From an uncultured Clostridia bacterium (GTDB lineage: Bacteria; Bacillota; Clostridia; TANB77; CAG-508), in NCBI GenBank assembly GCA_947627595.1, contig CANQWQ010000004.1, positions 4,341 to 68,340 of the forward strand: DNA of 64,000 nucleotides, read 5' to 3'. The notes under the pieces were generated by a model. The model had not been told where the DNA came from, searched no databases, and saw only the letters and a list, made by a program, of their open reading frames with translations. Below, piece by piece: positions 52,326 to 62,118 of the stretch. The translations under genes and the position numbers were made by a program. Position 1 is the first letter of the stretch. Every line of letters starts with the position of its first letter.

Positions 52326-55300
52326 TTAAACACCTCCTTTAACTATCATCTTGTTTTTGATTTTCAGAACCACAATTGTTACTGCAATTCCTACTAATAT
52401 AATTGTTGTTATAATTATTGAAATATTTATGAATATTTCACCAGTTTTTACTGAAATATATGTATCTGCTCTTGAGAAGTCATCTTCATTTTGTGATCTA
52501 TTATTTGGAACAGAGTCTAAATCAGATACACCGTAAATATTGTAATCTTCAACAACTTCAGCAGTATTTGAAACTGTTCCGAAATTGTCGTTTGTTAAGT
52601 TCTTTGAAAGAACCAATTTAAGTGTTTTTGTTTCACCTGGTTGAATTTCTGTATTTGCTAAGCTTGTTGTATATAACATTCCATCTGAACCTGTGAACCA
52701 GTCACTGTTCATTCCAGAATTAAATTCCATTCCTGCTGGAATATAATCAGCAATTTTCTTAGCATATCCTGCTACTTCACCTTCGTTTTTAATTGTTAAT
52801 TTATATTCAATATATACGCTAGCACCTTCTGCTTGTTTAGCAGCAATTTCAGTTTTTGTTAATTTACTATTATCATAATTATCTGTAACAGTATCTTTAG
52901 AAGTTTTTGTTGTTATTTTTGAAACTCCTAAATCTAAGCTTAAGTCAAATTTCATAGCATCTACTAAACCGATATCTATATTTGAAACACTACCGTCAGC
53001 TACAGTAACAACTCCTGTAACAGCGCCGTTTCTCATTTGACCATTTTCTTCAATCTTTGTTGTGATAACATCTGAATTTACGTTATTAGCAACATTTTCT
53101 TTTTGGTATATAGTAACTGTATAACGAACTGTATCATAATCAAATACTATAATATAGTTACCATTTCTAACTCCAGTGAAACTATACATACCTTCAGAAT
53201 TTGTAGTTGTTGTTTGTTTTATAACACCATTATCTGAATCAACTAATGTTGCTTTAATATTTTTCATTAATTGTTCATTATCTGATCTCATACCATCATT
53301 ATCTTTATCTAACCAAGCAGTACCTGTGATTTTATAAGTTTTACTTAATGATGTTGTTCCAGTAGTTGATGAACTAGCTTGACCTGTAGAATGTTCTCCT
53401 TGAGATGTAACTACATTTCCAGAAGCTTCTATAATATGTGTAATATCATTTGATTTTTCTTCAGCAATATTTCTTCCAGAAATTGTTGCATTATTTGTTA
53501 CTGAACGCTCGCCAAGTCCATTTAAGCTAGCAGCTGCAGCTGTAACATTAACTATTAATGAATCACCTGCTGGAATTGCAGCACCTACTATAACTTTTTC
53601 TTTATTAGCAACGTTAGTATCAATTAAAATTCCTTCTGAAATATATGATACTTTCTTAGCAACTAACCCTTCAGGAATATTATCAACAAACATAACGCTT
53701 TGAGCAGTAACTGCACCTTCGTTTTTGATTGTAAATTGATAATCAATTGTTTCTCCTTCTTTAACATATGAGTTAGTTGTAGATGTTGTTTGATTTATTA
53801 CTAATTCTGGTCTACCGATAACGAAACTTACATTTCCTGAAGTATATTCTGAAGTTCCATCAGCTTGAGCATTAGCAACCATAAATACTTCTGTTTTTGT
53901 AACACTTTCGTCAATATCGCCAACTTCTAATTTTAATTTTAAACTTATAATATCTTTTGGATTGATGTCTCCAATTTTCCAAGTAACAGTTCTTGTTGAT
54001 TCATTATATTCAGCTTGGCTAACATCATGAATTGTAGTATATGTTTCGTCATATCCTAAAACTGAACCTTCAACAAATTCAAAACAATTTGCAATTTTGA
54101 ATGTTGCAACAGTATTATGAATTACATCATCTGTTAAGTTTTGTACTCTGATGTATAATTTTGCATCATTTCCTTTAAACATGATTCCATCCATAACAGT
54201 GTTTTCAATATACACTCTCATTTCTGCATGATTTAATGTAACTGTTTTTTCTTCAGTTTGTAAAACAGTATCTAAATCTGTAGCAGTTATCAATGAGTAA
54301 ATTTTAATTTCATTTTCTTCGAAATCTTGAACAGATACTCTTAATTTAAATGTAACTGTTTCATCAACTTCAAGGAAAGCTAATTTATATTCCATTTGAT
54401 TATTGTTATTTGACCAAGTAGCGTCATCTCTATCACTACTACTTGAAACAAATTGTGTATTTAATGGAATTGGAGTTGTTACTAATAAGTTACGTGCTAC
54501 TGCTTTTCCAGTATTTTTAACTGTTGTTGTAATTTCTAATTCTTCAAATTCACTAGCAGTATCTTTATTAACTGATATATCATAATCAAATTGTGGTCCT
54601 TCACCTGTAACTAAACCAACTAAATCTGCTTTAGAAACATCTGTTAATGTAGCTATATCAGTATTATTTGTATAATATGTAACGAAAGTTCCATAAATTT
54701 CTGCGTTATGTTCTAGATTTTCTGGAATTTCATATTCATATGTAAATCTTAATTTTGTAGCTGAATTCATTCTATATTCTGGATCAACCGGAACAATTAA
54801 GAATGATTTAATATTATCAAATGAATCTACAGATTCTACCCAACCATTGTTTGGATCATCTAAATCTTTAGTAGCTTCACCATTTTCTGAGTAATAATAT
54901 CTAAATTTTGTTTCATTGAAATCTTCTGGAACAATTTCTGAAATCATTTTAGCTGTTAAAGTTGTTCCTAATTCATCTCCAGTTATAATATCTTTAACAC
55001 CTTCAAAAGGAACACGTCCTAAGATTACAATGTCTGAAATATTATTTTTCTCATTATTCATAATAGTTAATTCTGCTTTAGCAGTTTTTCTATCTGAATA
55101 AATTGGAAGTTCATCTATAACTTTACCTTGATTTACACTAGTAACTGTTCTAGTTTCATCTTCACTATAACCTGAAATACTATTAACACTAACTACTCCA
55201 CTTGGTGCAGAATATGAAACTGTAGCACTTGAGAATCCAACTTCTGCTCCTTGTTCATAGTAATTTGTAGCATCATCATTAACATAAGTTAATTCAAAGT

Positions 55301-57671
55301 TTCCTTCACTTGCTGGTGCAAATAAATCAACTTTGATATTTGCATTTAATACTATATTTGTACCATTTGAAACTATACCAGAGCTTAAGTCTTTTTGTTT
55401 TCCTGTAACTTGAACTCCGATATATTTTGAACCTTCATTTTCAAATTCATAAACTTCGCCTAATTCTAAGCCTTCGCCATAAACTATGCTTGAATCTGTA
55501 ACTTCGGCTGTTTCAACATATTCTGGTAATTTGATTTGGAAAAGTGAATTTCCATAAACATCTGAGCTAACATCTTGGTTGTTTAACTCAATTTTTAACT
55601 CTACATTATTATTCATTGCAAGAGTAGATAAACTATCTTGACCAATTTCTAAATCAGCTTTTGTTGAAGTATCATCTAATTTAATCTCTAAACTAGAATT
55701 TCCAACATCAACTAAATCATTTAAATATATATATTTAGCTTTTCCTACTGAATTAATTGTAATTCTATCAAAATCTTTATAAGTGTCTTTTCCATAGCTT
55801 ACATCTGTATAAGCTTTAACTACTGAGAAAATAAGGTTTCCGTCATTAACTGGTTTTGAAGTTTCTATTTGAATATTTTTAACTGTATTTTCAAATAATA
55901 CTTCGATTACTCCGTTTTCATTTACCTCAGTATCTTTATTAATAGTAAATATTAAATTTCCGTTCTCGTAAATATTTACTACACCGTCTTCACCAAGCAT
56001 TTCAGTGAAGTTATCTTTATTTAATTTTAAAGTTTTATAATATATATCATTTTGGTTAAATGGCTCGTTTGATTTTGAAACATACTGATTATCTCCATCA
56101 GTATAATATAAACTTTCTACTATATCTTTATAAGAAACGTTAAAGATTAATTTATTGTCAATTTCAATTTCGTATTTATTTTCTTCATTATTATAATTTA
56201 AATATGTATAACCTTTTGAAACTGAATTTGTAACTGATTCATTTGAAAATGTAACAATGCTTCCGACTTCATCTTTTAAATCAAAAGTCATTTCATTTTC
56301 TGATTTTAAAGATGTTTTTCCGAATTCGTTTTGTGTAGCACTAACTTTAGTTGTTACTTGTCTTTCACCAATTCCTACATTTTTATATGTATATGTGATT
56401 AAATATTTATCAACACCAGACTCACTGTAATACATTTCTTTTTCTGGAGCTGTTTCGTCAATCAAACTATCAGTTTCATTTTGTGTAGAAACTAATTCTG
56501 ATTGATTTTTAACATTTATAACAATTTTATTTTCGTTACTATCGTAGCTCCAATTATCAGCTTGAAAAGCAACCTCATCATGTTCTTTTCCAGTCGTAGC
56601 TTTTAAAGACTCAGCTACAACGTTAATTGTTTCTGGTCTTACTCCATCTATTTCTGGAACAGAAATTTCAACATTACTTTCTTTGATTGGCAATGAAATA
56701 TTATCTGTTGAATTATCTACCATAACTGATGTTTGAAGAATTATTCCATTAACATTATCTTGACTAAATCCAAGATATTTAGTTATCTCAGCAGATGTTT
56801 TTAATTCTCTTTCATCTTCCCAAGATAATTTTAAATCAACAGTTTTTGAAACTTGAATTTCTTCAGCATCATCTGTGATATATGTTCCAACGAATTTTAT
56901 TTTATTAGTTTTTGAAATCATTGATTTTTCAACAAATTTCTTGTAATTATAAGAAATTGGAAATTCAACTTTCATTTCTGAACCAGCATCTAATTGAATT
57001 AAATATAATGTGTTTGATTCAAAACTTTGAATTTCTTTATTTTCTTCTACAAGATCTTTTGTTTCAACAGTTTCTGTAACTTCTTCTGGTTCAGGTTGAA
57101 CTTCAGTTGGTTCTTCTGAAACAGGTTCGCTAACTGTAGGCTCATCAACTATAGGTTCGTCTTCAACAACAGGCTCTTCTACAGTTGGATTATCTTCTAC
57201 AAAAACTGATCCTCCGATTACTTCTTCACCGTCATCTTCAGAACTTCCGCCAACTGTAACTTCTTCAGATACATTAGCTTCGTTAACTGAAGCAGGTTCT
57301 TTTGTTTCTTCTGTTTGAACTTCGACTTTATCGTTTATAACGAAATTTAAGTCTTTTCCGTCGCCAAACAAAATTTTAGCATCCTTCAAATATCCACTGT
57401 TTTTGACTTTAACAGTTGCACCCATGATTAAATCTGAGTTCTTGATATCTGAACTAGCTGATTTAACTTTTTCAGAATCTGAGCTTGTTTTAAAATATGC
57501 GTCAAATTCTACGTTACTGCTTCCAGTATCACCTGCATCTTTGGAGTCATTTCCAAATATGCCAGAGAAAATTGTAGCAGCATAAGTTTTACCAACTAGT
57601 GCAAAATTAGAAAAAGTCATTGTGAATATTAAAAGAATTGCTATAACCTTCTTTTTCCAGTTCTTTAACAT
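52326..57671 (-). CDS. Large cell-surface protein (1781 aa), paralogue of the 16781..21352 product: signal peptide, acidic linker, DUF11 domains, SdrD-B-like domain, C-terminal VKTG + TM + KIKNK tail
   Basis: GGAGG RBS before ATG 57671. Contains EITTTVKNTGKAVARNLLVTTPIP, YQFTIKNEGAVTAQSVMFVDNIPEGL and ITGTAWLDKDNDGMRSDNEQLMKNIKATLV...GMYSFTGVRNGNYIIVFDY. C-terminus ...YISVKTGEIFINISIIITTIILVGIAVTIVVLKIKNKMIVKGGV. Confidence 0.85.
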   Translation of the reverse strand: MLKNWKKKVIAILLIFTMTFSNFALVGKTYAATIFSGIFGNDSKDAGDTGSSNVEFDAYFKTSSDSEKVKSASSDIKNSDLIMGATVKVKNSGYLKDAKILFGDGKDLNFVINDKVEVQTEETKEPASVNEANVSEEVTVGGSSEDDGEEVIGGSVFVEDNPTVEEPVVEDEPIVDEPTVSEPVSEEPTEVQPEPEEVTETVETKDLVEENKEIQSFESNTLYLIQLDAGSEMKVEFPISYNYKKFVEKSMISKTNKIKFVGTYITDDAEEIQVSKTVDLKLSWEDERELKTSAEITKYLGFSQDNVNGIILQTSVMVDNSTDNISLPIKESNVEISVPEIDGVRPETINVVAESLKATTGKEHDEVAFQADNWSYDSNENKIVINVKNQSELVSTQNETDSLIDETAPEKEMYYSESGVDKYLITYTYKNVGIGERQVTTKVSATQNEFGKTSLKSENEMTFDLKDEVGSIVTFSNESVTNSVSKGYTYLNYNNEENKYEIEIDNKLIFNVSYKDIVESLYYTDGDNQYVSKSNEPFNQNDIYYKTLKLNKDNFTEMLGEDGVVNIYENGNLIFTINKDTEVNENGVIEVLFENTVKNIQIETSKPVNDGNLIFSVVKAYTDVSYGKDTYKDFDRITINSVGKAKYIYLNDLVDVGNSSLEIKLDDTSTKADLEIGQDSLSTLAMNNNVELKIELNNQDVSSDVYGNSLFQIKLPEYVETAEVTDSSIVYGEGLELGEVYEFENEGSKYIGVQVTGKQKDLSSGIVSNGTNIVLNANIKVDLFAPASEGNFELTYVNDDATNYYEQGAEVGFSSATVSYSAPSGVVSVNSISGYSEDETRTVTSVNQGKVIDELPIYSDRKTAKAELTIMNNEKNNISDIVILGRVPFEGVKDIITGDELGTTLTAKMISEIVPEDFNETKFRYYYSENGEATKDLDDPNNGWVESVDSFDNIKSFLIVPVDPEYRMNSATKLRFTYEYEIPENLEHNAEIYGTFVTYYTNNTDIATLTDVSKADLVGLVTGEGPQFDYDISVNKDTASEFEELEITTTVKNTGKAVARNLLVTTPIPLNTQFVSSSSDRDDATWSNNNNQMEYKLAFLEVDETVTFKLRVSVQDFEENEIKIYSLITATDLDTVLQTEEKTVTLNHAEMRVYIENTVMDGIMFKGNDAKLYIRVQNLTDDVIHNTVATFKIANCFEFVEGSVLGYDETYTTIHDVSQAEYNESTRTVTWKIGDINPKDIISLKLKLEVGDIDESVTKTEVFMVANAQADGTSEYTSGNVSFVIGRPELVINQTTSTTNSYVKEGETIDYQFTIKNEGAVTAQSVMFVDNIPEGLVAKKVSYISEGILIDTNVANKEKVIVGAAIPAGDSLIVNVTAAAASLNGLGERSVTNNATISGRNIAEEKSNDITHIIEASGNVVTSQGEHSTGQASSSTTGTTSLSKTYKITGTAWLDKDNDGMRSDNEQLMKNIKATLVDSDNGVIKQTTTTNSEGMYSFTGVRNGNYIIVFDYDTVRYTVTIYQKENVANNVNSDVITTKIEENGQMRNGAVTGVVTVADGSVSNIDIGLVDAMKFDLSLDLGVSKITTKTSKDTVTDNYDNSKLTKTEIAAKQAEGASVYIEYKLTIKNEGEVAGYAKKIADYIPAGMEFNSGMNSDWFTGSDGMLYTTSLANTEIQPGETKTLKLVLSKNLTNDNFGTVSNTAEVVEDYNIYGVSDLDSVPNNRSQNEDDFSRADTYISVKTGEIFINISIIITTIILVGIAVTIVVLKIKNKMIVKGGV

Positions 57672-57724
57672 AAATTTACCTCCAACGCTCCTTTTAAACC
57701 CTTTTTTAATATTATATATATTAT

Positions 57725-57752
57725 ATTATACTCAATTATAAAACTAAATCAA
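57725..57752 (-). promoter_or_regulatory. Candidate sigma-A promoter for surface module B (TTGATT-16-TATAAT)
   Basis: Minus-strand reading cctaTTGATTtagttttataattgagTATAATat. The -35 is at plus 57747-57752 and the -10 at 57725-57730, with a 47-nt leader to ATG 57671. Confidence 0.45.
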
Positions 57753-57773
57753 TAGGTTCAAATCTATTGATTT
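57746..57773. promoter_or_regulatory. Perfect 10-bp palindrome AAATCAATAG-N8-CTATTGATTT overlapping the -35 of the module B promoter; candidate operator
   Basis: Seen directly in the sequence. The half-site AAATCAATAGG also occurs at 21470-21480, upstream of module A. Confidence 0.4.
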
Positions 57774-58142
57774 CAGCTTTATACCAGAGTATTTTACGGA
57801 TATAATTTTTATAGGGTTTTGATTTTGATTTATAAAATTTTGATTACAATTATATCGGTATGGAAGTGCTCTTAAAAAATTCACCCATACAATTACTATT
57901 ATACACTCTTATGTTAACTTTTTCAAGTCTTTTTGGCATTTTTTAATAATTTTTTAGCCAAATTTATGGATTTTTTGTCGAATTTTGTCATAAAGTATAG
58001 TTTACATTTTAATTATTTCTTAATTTTTTAAAAATTTTAAATTTTTCTTCAACATTACGGAACTAAAAACATATACTATATTAATCAATTTTTAAATATT
58101 AATGAGAAAGGAGAAATATGATTATTATCATATAAGATTTTT

Positions 58143-58298
58143 ATGGATAATATGGATTTTAACAAAATGCTTGATATGCTTGCAAATATGGATAAATCTG
58201 AACTTGAATCTAAATTAAAACAAGCACAAGCTATTTTAAATTCTAAAGATATTGATACAAATGATATTAAGATTAATACTGATAATTTTAAAAAATAA
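58143..58298 (+). CDS. Small hypothetical protein (51 aa, acidic, helical); no SD of its own, starts 7 nt after the stop of a 5-codon uORF (MIIII, 58118-58135) that has a strong SD
   Basis: ATG 58143...TAA 58296-58298, translation MDNMDFNKMLDMLANMDKSELESKLKQAQAILNSKDIDTNDIKINTDNFKK. It is below the ORF-track length cutoff. Confidence 0.3.
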   Translation: MDNMDFNKMLDMLANMDKSELESKLKQAQAILNSKDIDTNDIKINTDNFKK

Positions 58299-58316
58299 GC
58301 TTTTGGAGGCGAAATT

Positions 58317-58676
58317 TTGGAAAACTCTACTTCTAATCAACCTAATCTAGATGATGTAATTGGAAGATTTAACAATATTTTAAAAGATAAAAACATAGAT
58401 CTTGGGAAAATTTTAAATGACGAAAACAATAATGAAAACGGCTTTAACTTTGATTTAAATACATTATTAAAATTCAAGAAAATTTTTCAAAAGATAAATA
58501 ATTGTAACAATCCGCAAAATCGCCTCCTTCAATCACTTAAACCATTTTTAAATGATTCAAAAAAGCAAAAACTTGATGAATACATAAAAATTGCAAATAT
58601 TCTTGTAGTTATGAATATAATTAATGAAATGAATTCACTTTACTTGATTTTAATTATTATCTTAATTACAAAATAA
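58317..58676 (+). CDS. Hypothetical small protein (119 aa) with C-terminal hydrophobic tail, TTG start
   Basis: GGAGG at 58305-58309, 7-nt spacer, TTG 58317. The C-terminus is LYLILIIILITK. It is followed directly by a terminator. Confidence 0.45.
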   Translation: MENSTSNQPNLDDVIGRFNNILKDKNIDLGKILNDENNNENGFNFDLNTLLKFKKIFQKINNCNNPQNRLLQSLKPFLNDSKKQKLDEYIKIANILVVMNIINEMNSLYLILIIILITK

Positions 58677-58680
58677 AAAA

Positions 58681-58707
58681 CCAAGTTACCATAAAGTTGT
58701 AACTTGG
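58681..58707. terminator. Bidirectional rho-independent terminator between the small plus-strand ORFs and minC
   Basis: ccaagttac cataaagtt gtaacttgg is a 9-bp stem flanked by A6 and T5 runs. Confidence 0.6.
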
Positions 58708-58715
58708 GTTTTTAT

Positions 58716-59321
58716 TTATTTTATAACTATTTCGTTATTTTCTATTTTACAAACTGGACATTTATCAGTTTTTTCTTCTATTTCTTTTACGACATTTGAA
58801 ATTCTAAGTTGTGTCGGCTCTATATAATTTGCACAAATTATAGCATTTGTGTTTCCACCAGCTCCTGCATGCGCTAAGCCTCTTAAAGCTCCTAAAATTG
58901 CAATATTTCCGCCAGCTATAACTTCTGCTCCAGCATTAACATCTCCAACTATTACAAGGCTTCCAGAATATTCTTCGATTTGGCCAGATCTTAAGGAATA
59001 TTGAATATATTTAGTTTCGCTAACATCCATTTCAGTTTGAAAAGTCTTTTTAATTGCATGTAGTCCTAATAAATCAGAAGGTGAATCAAATTTAACTTCA
59101 ACATCAATTTCGTTGTTTATAATCTTTTTTAGTTTTTCCATTTCTCCATCTGTAAATAGCCTTCCTGTAATTCTTATAGGTGTTTTGGCAGATTGATAAT
59201 ATTCTTTAAGTTTAACAAGTTTTGTTTCAATTTCTTCAATTATTTCATCCATTTCTGCAACTACATTTACATTTAAAACTACTTCTTCAATAGTTTGATT
59301 AATTTTAATATTGTTCAACAT
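58716..59321 (-). CDS. minC: Septum site-determining protein MinC
   Basis: The C-terminal beta-helix dimerisation/MinD-binding domain pattern is present (SGSLVIVGDVNAGAEVIAGGNIAILGALRGLAHAGAGGNTNAIICA). 201 aa. Confidence 0.8.
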   Translation of the reverse strand: MLNNIKINQTIEEVVLNVNVVAEMDEIIEEIETKLVKLKEYYQSAKTPIRITGRLFTDGEMEKLKKIINNEIDVEVKFDSPSDLLGLHAIKKTFQTEMDVSETKYIQYSLRSGQIEEYSGSLVIVGDVNAGAEVIAGGNIAILGALRGLAHAGAGGNTNAIICANYIEPTQLRISNVVKEIEEKTDKCPVCKIENNEIVIK

Positions 59322-59341
59322 CCTTTTCCTCCTTAAAGAAA

Positions 59342-61523
59342 TTAATTAAAATATTCATTTTCTGTATTTATTGACATATTTTCATCAATTCCAGTTCTGT
59401 TTGTACCAAAATATTCTTGCATTACAGCTTTAACAACCTCTGCTGTGTAAAAGCCGTGCCATCCATTTTCAACGACAACGACAACTGCAATTTGTGGATT
59501 TTCATATGGTGCAAATCCAACAAACCACGCATGAACATCAGCTCCAGGTGTTTGAGAAGTTTCAACAGAACCTGTTTTACCACCAACAGTAACACCAAAA
59601 TTTGAGAAAACTCTATAAGCTGTACCACCTTCATCATCTGTAACAGATCTCATTCCTTCTTTTACTATTGTGAAATTTTCTGGGCTAATTTCTAATCCAT
59701 CATCTGTTGTAGATGTTTCAGTTAAATTTAATTCTTTATTAACAAAATCATTTATTTCTTCTCTAGTTTCATTTGTTCCATCTGAATTCATTATATCTTT
59801 AATAATAGTAACATCTAAATTTTTTCCACCATTTGCGACCATTGCAATATATTTTGCCATTTGAATTGGCGTGAAACTATTTGTACTTTGACCAATCGCA
59901 GCACTAACTGTATGACCAACACCCCAGCCCGCTTCTGAATCTCTAGTAGCAACTTGGCCTTTAGCTTCACTATATAATTCTATACCAGTCTTTTTTCCTA
60001 AACCAAAGTGACTAGCATATTGTGAAAGTCTATCAATTCCAACTCTTCTACCTGTTTCAAAGAAAAATACGTTACAAGATTTTTCTATAGCACCAACAAC
60101 ATTTAAAGAACCATGTCCACCAGCTAACCAACAATGTCTTTCACGGTCTATTCCGTTTACCCAATATACACCACCATCATAGATTCTTTCTGTTGGGCTA
60201 ATCTTGCCATCTTGAAGTCCAGCAAGAGCTGTAACCATTTTAAATGTAGAACCAGGTGAATACAAACCTTGAATAGCTTTATTTAGCCAAACTCCTCTAT
60301 TATTATAATCATTTGTTTCTTCAGTTGATAAACCTCTGTATAATGCTCCTGGCGTATAATCTGGGTTACTAGCCATTGCTAAAATTTCACCTGTATTAAC
60401 ATCTATTGCAACACAAGCTCCGCCTTTAGCATTAGATGGCTCTCCATAAGCTCCATTTCTTATTCCATTTATACAATTAGCTAAAGCTTCTTCTGTAACT
60501 CTTTGAAGATTAGCATCAATTGTCAAAACTATATCAGATCCACCTATTGCTTCTTTTGTAGTATATTCTCCAGTGATAATTCCGTTGACATCCATATCAA
60601 TTTGTTTTTCACCGGTCTGTTCCTTTTAAATATTTTTCAAAAGTTCTTTCAATTCCAGATTTTCCGATTTTATCAATTGATTCATCATAAGTATCATCAA
60701 CTCTTCCGTCATCAATATCTGATTTACTAATTCTTCCCATATAGCCTATAACATGTGATGCAAGGTTTCCCATTGTATAAATTCTATTTGAATCTGTTTT
60801 AACATTAACACCTGTTAAATCATTGCTATTTTCTTGTAATTGAATAAAACTGTTTCTACAAATACTTTTTGAAATCTCTAAACTTCTAGTAACTGAATAA
60901 CCTTTAGTTGTTATTTCATATCTTATAGCTAAAATTCTTCTAATTTCATCAATATCTTCACTGTTTATATTATATTTATCACGGAATAAATAAAAAGCTT
61001 CTTCTGCTGATGCAGCTTCTGGAATTTCGTATTTTTTCTTCCATTCACTTAATTTTTCATCTGAATCAAAATTATAACTAAAAGGATTTATAGAAATTGG
61101 AAAATTATCTACATAAGAATCTCCATTATCTCTTAAAATTCTAGTCATCAAACTAATTGAAGAATTTAGACTTTCATCATCAGCTTTACTTTTATACATC
61201 TCAAGTGAAAATATCATTTCTGAACTAACTAAGCTAGTTCCATTTCTATCTAAAATACTTCCTCTAGTAGCACTTAAAGTAGTTTCTCGCGAAAGCTTAG
61301 TGTTTGAAGTTTCACGGTATTCTGCGCCACTAACAATTTGTAAAGTAAAAAGTCTAGCTAAAATTATTACACCACAAGCATAAGTAAGCATTGTCAAGAT
61401 ATTAAAGCGAATTTTGAAATCTAAAACTTTAGGCTTTTTATTTTTAACTGTTTTTATTTTATTCTTTTTAGGTTTTTCAACTTTTAAATTAAGATTTTTC
61501 TTTCTAATTTTCTTCGCCTCCAA
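59342..61523 (-). CDS. mrdA: Penicillin-binding protein 2 (elongasome transpeptidase), split by a +1 frameshift at 60611-60616
   Basis: N-terminal ORF 60609..61523 has a Lys-rich tail, the TM segment and the PBP dimerisation domain (ILDRNG, ends ...KYLKGTDR). C-terminal ORF 59342..60595 has the transpeptidase motifs (STFK, SCN, KTG). Deleting one C (or G) in GAC CGG TGA gives ...KGTDGEKQIDMDVNG.... Confidence 0.85.
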
Positions 61524-61528
61524 TTAAA

Positions 61529-62104
61529 TTAAAGTTCCACAGAATACATGTTGCTTCTTTTTAACTTTCTTTCCATCATATAACCAAATTTTTTAATTAC
61601 CCCAAAGAAAATTATTGTTAATAAAACATTATATAATTCTTCAATAGCCAAAATTTTAAAGAAAACTCCTGATTCTATTTCAAAATCTAAAATTAATGAT
61701 TTTAAGAAATATGATCCAAATTCAAAAATAAATGTTGATAAAATTACCATTATTATTATTGAAATTCTTTCATCTTTTGACCAAAGGGAATCAAACCAAG
61801 TTGCTATAAATCCGACTAAACAAAGCATTGCTGGAGTTATTCCAATTACTTCGCTATAACTTAAATCTATAAATATTCCTGAAATTATTCCAAATAAAAT
61901 CGCTAAAAAATTATTTCCAAAAAGTCCAATTACTAAAATAAAAATAACAAATAAATTAGGAACTATTCCATTTATTGGAATTAATGGAAAAATATTAGCT
62001 TGAAGGAAATATAATAATCCAAAAACTAAAAGTAAAATTATACTAATAAATATTAGAGCTGGAATATTAAGTTTTTCCCTTCTTCTATTTTTATATTTTT
62101 TCAA
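61529..62104 (-). CDS. mreD: Rod shape-determining protein MreD
   Basis: 191-aa polytopic membrane protein immediately downstream of mreC, the typical MreD size and position. Confidence 0.7.
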   Translation of the reverse strand: MKKYKNRRREKLNIPALIFISIILLLVFGLLYFLQANIFPLIPINGIVPNLFVIFILVIGLFGNNFLAILFGIISGIFIDLSYSEVIGITPAMLCLVGFIATWFDSLWSKDERISIIIMVILSTFIFEFGSYFLKSLILDFEIESGVFFKILAIEELYNVLLTIIFFGVIKKFGYMMERKLKRSNMYSVEL

Positions 62105-62118
62105 TTTAAATATCTCCT

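Noticed and set aside
57755-57765. GGTTCAAATCT resembling a tRNA T-loop
   Set aside because: It is the centre of the 10-bp palindrome. The loop is 8 nt rather than 7, and no acceptor or anticodon arms can be drawn around it. No tRNA gene.
57974-57997. TTGTCGAA and TTGTCATA (Spo0A-box-like) upstream of the small plus-strand ORFs
   Set aside because: A single 7-mer match is expected by chance at about this frequency in 64 kb of AT-rich DNA. It is not positioned relative to a convincing promoter.
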